A DNA stretch of 64,000 nucleotides. Origin: Candidatus Poribacteria bacterium (lineage in GTDB: Bacteria > Poribacteria > WGA-4E > UBA9662). A program made the translations under genes and the position numbers. Location: NCBI GenBank assembly GCA_046582655.1, contig JAYGDX010000110.1, positions 1 to 64,000 of the forward strand. The letters are read 5' to 3'. Shown here in pieces: positions 61,187-64,000 of this stretch. How positions within the stretch are numbered: the first letter of the stretch is position 1; each line of letters starts with the position of its first letter. Under the pieces are notes generated by a model. That model was not told the DNA's origin and did not search any database. It saw only the letters and a program-made list of their open reading frames with translations.

Positions 61187-62776
61187 ATGAAAGAATCAGA
61201 CATAGACGTTCTCGTTGTCGGTGGTGGTGTAGGCGGGTCAGCAGCAGCCTTGGCTGTAACCACACTTAGTAAGCGAGCTATACTAACGGAGGAGACTGAT
61301 TGGCTGGGAGGACAACTGACCACGCAGGCAGTTCCGCCGGACGAGCACCGCTGGATCGAGCACTTTGGTTGTACCCGCAGTTACCGTCAGTTTCGAAACT
61401 TGGTTCGCCAGTTTTACAAAGATCATTATCCCCTAACGTCAGTGGCACGATCCGACCCTCAACTTAATCCCGGTAAAGGAAATGTTTCACGATTATGCCA
61501 TGAACCTAAAGTCGCTGTTGCTGTCTTAGATCAAATGATGGCCTACGCGATAGCCAGTGGAAAATTACAGATTAAACGTTATCTGAAACCTATATCTGTT
61601 GAGACACGCGGCGATTACATTTCAGCCGTGACCTTTCAACATACGCAGACTAACCTAACCCAAACATTTACATCAGATTACGTTTTGGATGCCACTGAAC
61701 TGGGAGATCTCTTACCCATGTCGGAAACAGAATATGTTTCCGGTGCTGAATCTCATCAGGAAACAGGTGAACCGCATGCGCTGAAAGGTCACGCTGACCC
61801 AGAAGATATACAGGCCATCACCTGGTGCATGGCAATCAGCCATGATCAGGATGGAAGCCACACTATCAATCAACCCAATCAATATTCCCAATGGCGCGAT
61901 TACGTCCCTCAACTTCATCCTGCCTGGTCTGGCAAAATGTTGAGCTGGTCCTACCCACGACCAACCACCCTCGAGCCCATTCAGCGGGTACTCCTGCCGG
62001 AAGAATCCGATGATCCGTGGGCCCCACTATGGACCTACCGGCGTCTAATCTGCCAAGACCATTACCCAACCGAAATCATGCCGCATGAGGTAACTTTGGT
62101 TAACTGGCCTCAGAATGACTACCTTGAAGGCAATATTATCGATAAAACGCCGGATCTAGTCGACATGTATCGGCATCAGGCACGGCAACTCTCGTTGAGT
62201 CTTCTCTACTGGATGCAGGTTGAAGCGCCACGACCAGATGGAGGCGTGGGTTACCCAGGGTTGTATCTACGCCCTGATATCACTGGCACTGATGATGGGC
62301 TAGCCAAAATGCCCTATATCCGCGAGTCTCGGCGAATTCGGGCCGAATTTACTGTAACGGAAAACCATGTTGGCACCGATGCCCGAAATGGTGCCTGCGC
62401 CGAGAAGTTTGACGATTCGGTTGGTATCGGATGTTACCGCATTGATCTACATCCCAGCACAAGCGGTCGAAATTATATTGATATCAGTTCCTTACCGTTT
62501 CAAATCCCCTTGGGCGCGATGATACCCATTCGGTTGGAAAATCTGATCCCAGCAAATAAAAATATCGGAACAACACACATTACAAATGGATGCTACCGAC
62601 TCCATCCGGTTGAATGGAACATCGGTGAATCTGCCGGCATGTTGGCTGCGTTTTGCCTTGCCCACCAGTTGAAACCACGTCAGGTTCGCAACCAGCACAA
62701 ATATTTGCGGTCATTTCAAAACCTGTTACGGTCTCACGGTGTTGAACTGGAGTGGCCACAGACCTCTTCGGTTTAA
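61187..62776 (+). CDS. FAD-dependent oxidoreductase (FAD_oxidored family)
   Basis: VVGGGVGG, EETDWLGGQLT, LDATELGD, PYIRESRR, FQIPLGA, YRLHPVEWNIGE. Confidence 0.88.
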   Translation: MKESDIDVLVVGGGVGGSAAALAVTTLSKRAILTEETDWLGGQLTTQAVPPDEHRWIEHFGCTRSYRQFRNLVRQFYKDHYPLTSVARSDPQLNPGKGNVSRLCHEPKVAVAVLDQMMAYAIASGKLQIKRYLKPISVETRGDYISAVTFQHTQTNLTQTFTSDYVLDATELGDLLPMSETEYVSGAESHQETGEPHALKGHADPEDIQAITWCMAISHDQDGSHTINQPNQYSQWRDYVPQLHPAWSGKMLSWSYPRPTTLEPIQRVLLPEESDDPWAPLWTYRRLICQDHYPTEIMPHEVTLVNWPQNDYLEGNIIDKTPDLVDMYRHQARQLSLSLLYWMQVEAPRPDGGVGYPGLYLRPDITGTDDGLAKMPYIRESRRIRAEFTVTENHVGTDARNGACAEKFDDSVGIGCYRIDLHPSTSGRNYIDISSLPFQIPLGAMIPIRLENLIPANKNIGTTHITNGCYRLHPVEWNIGESAGMLAAFCLAHQLKPRQVRNQHKYLRSFQNLLRSHGVELEWPQTSSV

Positions 62777-62799
62777 AGCTGTTATCGTCTCTTTCTTAT

Positions 62800-63714
62800 A
62801 TGACCAAGCAAACCCACCTTCAAATTCCTAAACACGTGATACTCCTGATCTTGTTTTTGGCTGCTTTATGGGGTGGTAACACGCCTGCCGTAAAATTTGG
62901 CCTGCAAGAATTTCAACCCATTGCTGCTGCCGCTATACGTTTCGCTCTGGGAATTGTGGTTATCATCAGTTGGGCTGTTATCAAAAGGATCCCATTAAGA
63001 CCTAAGCAGGAAAACTATGGTCGTTTATTGCTACTAGGTACGGTTTTTGTAGCGCAGATCATCTCGTTTAACTGGGGAACCAAACTAACAGAGGTTGGAC
63101 GAGCATCATTACTGCTCAATACCTATCCACTCTTTATCGCCCTTTTAGCTCATTTTTTTATTCAGCACGATCGGCTGACTGTCGTTAAGACTATTGGTCT
63201 ACTGGTGGCATTTGCAGGTGTCTGTTTTATATTTTATGGTAAGCCAGGCACCAATTTAAGTACAGCGTATTTAGGTGATCTGATAATTCTTTTTAGCGGC
63301 TTTTTGCTAGCCATGATCCACATACTCCTGAAGCGCTTCATGTCACGAATGCACCAGTTTCAACTGCTTTTCGGGCAAATGGTGGTTGGTATCCCCGCCT
63401 ATTTTGTTTTGAGTTGGTTTTTTGAGGGAGGAACAGCAGCTTATGGATTTTCCTATAGCTCGCTACTCGGGTTGGTATACCAAGGGATAGTGGTGGCTGG
63501 GTTCTGTTTTATCGTTTGGGTTTCTGTGCTGAAGCGTTACCCGCCGAGCCGCCTGTCATCACTCTTTTTTACCACGCCGCTCTGGAGTGTCCTTTTCGGA
63601 TATTTCTTTTTCCATGAACCCATAACAATTTTGCTACTGGTGGGCGCAACTTTTGTTGCTGCTGGCGTTTATCTGGTCAATAGACCAGTTATGGAAGAAC
63701 AAAACCCGAATTGA
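62800..63714 (+). CDS. DMT/EamA family transporter
   Basis: LWGGN..AVK, AIRF, two EamA repeats, FF.EP. Confidence 0.88.
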   Translation: MTKQTHLQIPKHVILLILFLAALWGGNTPAVKFGLQEFQPIAAAAIRFALGIVVIISWAVIKRIPLRPKQENYGRLLLLGTVFVAQIISFNWGTKLTEVGRASLLLNTYPLFIALLAHFFIQHDRLTVVKTIGLLVAFAGVCFIFYGKPGTNLSTAYLGDLIILFSGFLLAMIHILLKRFMSRMHQFQLLFGQMVVGIPAYFVLSWFFEGGTAAYGFSYSSLLGLVYQGIVVAGFCFIVWVSVLKRYPPSRLSSLFFTTPLWSVLFGYFFFHEPITILLLVGATFVAAGVYLVNRPVMEEQNPN

Positions 63715-63719
63715 GATTG

Positions 63720-63758
63720 TATAAGTCGATTTTCTCAAACTGAGAAAATCGACTTATA
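63720..63758. terminator. Perfect 18-bp inverted repeat between convergent genes (likely bidirectional terminator)
   Basis: TATAAGTCGATTTTCTCA-aac-TGAGAAAATCGACTTATA. Confidence 0.7.
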
Positions 63759-63773
63759 ATCTTGATAGTAGCT

Positions 63774-64000
63774 TTAAGAAGATCCGACTAGTTCAATTTG
63801 TACGTTGTCTGGGCCTTTGAAGAAAGCAAGCGGCAGTCCATTCGGCCTGGTATTTTCAAGTTCCGCCCCTTTTGTTTGTAAATCTTCTACGGCGGCATCA
63901 AGATCTTCAACCACAAATGCAAGCTGGTAGACACCCCAGCGCGGGCGCTCGCTGTTAGGTTCAACGTCCATATCACCAAATTTGGGTGATAGAAAGATGT
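63774..64000 (-). CDS. VOC/glyoxalase family protein, 5'-partial
   Basis: QLAFVVEDLDAAV..L..KG, AFFKGPDNVQIEL. Confidence 0.82.
   Translation of the reverse strand, partial: IFLSPKFGDMDVEPNSERPRWGVYQLAFVVEDLDAAVEDLQTKGAELENTRPNGLPLAFFKGPDNVQIELVGSS

Overview
A gene-dense bacterial window with no rRNA, tRNA, CRISPR or intact transposase that I could recognise. It most resembles Candidatus Poribacteria; this is an inference from nine PhyH-family Fe(II)/2-oxoglutarate dioxygenase genes, C-terminal KLTTxWGxxK motifs, a DUF6785-like membrane protein and FGE-sulfatase-domain proteins. (1) 1-16244 is one tightly packed + strand cluster: two secreted PQQ-type beta-propellers, a PaaK-like CoA ligase, a flavin-dependent halogenase-like enzyme with all the hallmark motifs, a TAXI-TRAP transporter, DUF3311 plus a Na+/solute symporter, an unusual CxxC-bearing GT4, a small membrane protein, a hotdog thioesterase and a MacB/LolCDE-type ABC system. 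It reads as a candidate import-activate-halogenate-release-glycosylate-export pathway. (2) 16.3-29.3 kb is a PhyH-rich island that includes an HxG (halogenase-like) member and an inverted, decayed paralog. It also holds a K+ channel, a DEAD-box helicase and a Gfo/Idh/MocA oxidoreductase. (3) 30-37 kb is housekeeping: rpmG (missed by the ORF track), purM, purF, and an orphan FliG-like gene overlapping purM. (4) 37.5-51.5 kb holds many broken genes. These include a sulfatase, an FMN reductase, a DUF4838-like gene, an SGNH remnant, and two CBM9-like paralogs that each lose their C-terminal motif. The region also has a G-U-rich structured intergenic element. (5) 51.6-64 kb encodes carbohydrate-active or secreted proteins, back-to-back near-leaderless promoters, PAP2, an FAD oxidoreductase, a DMT transporter and a partial VOC gene. 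All family assignments come from motif recognition by eye; no searches were run.
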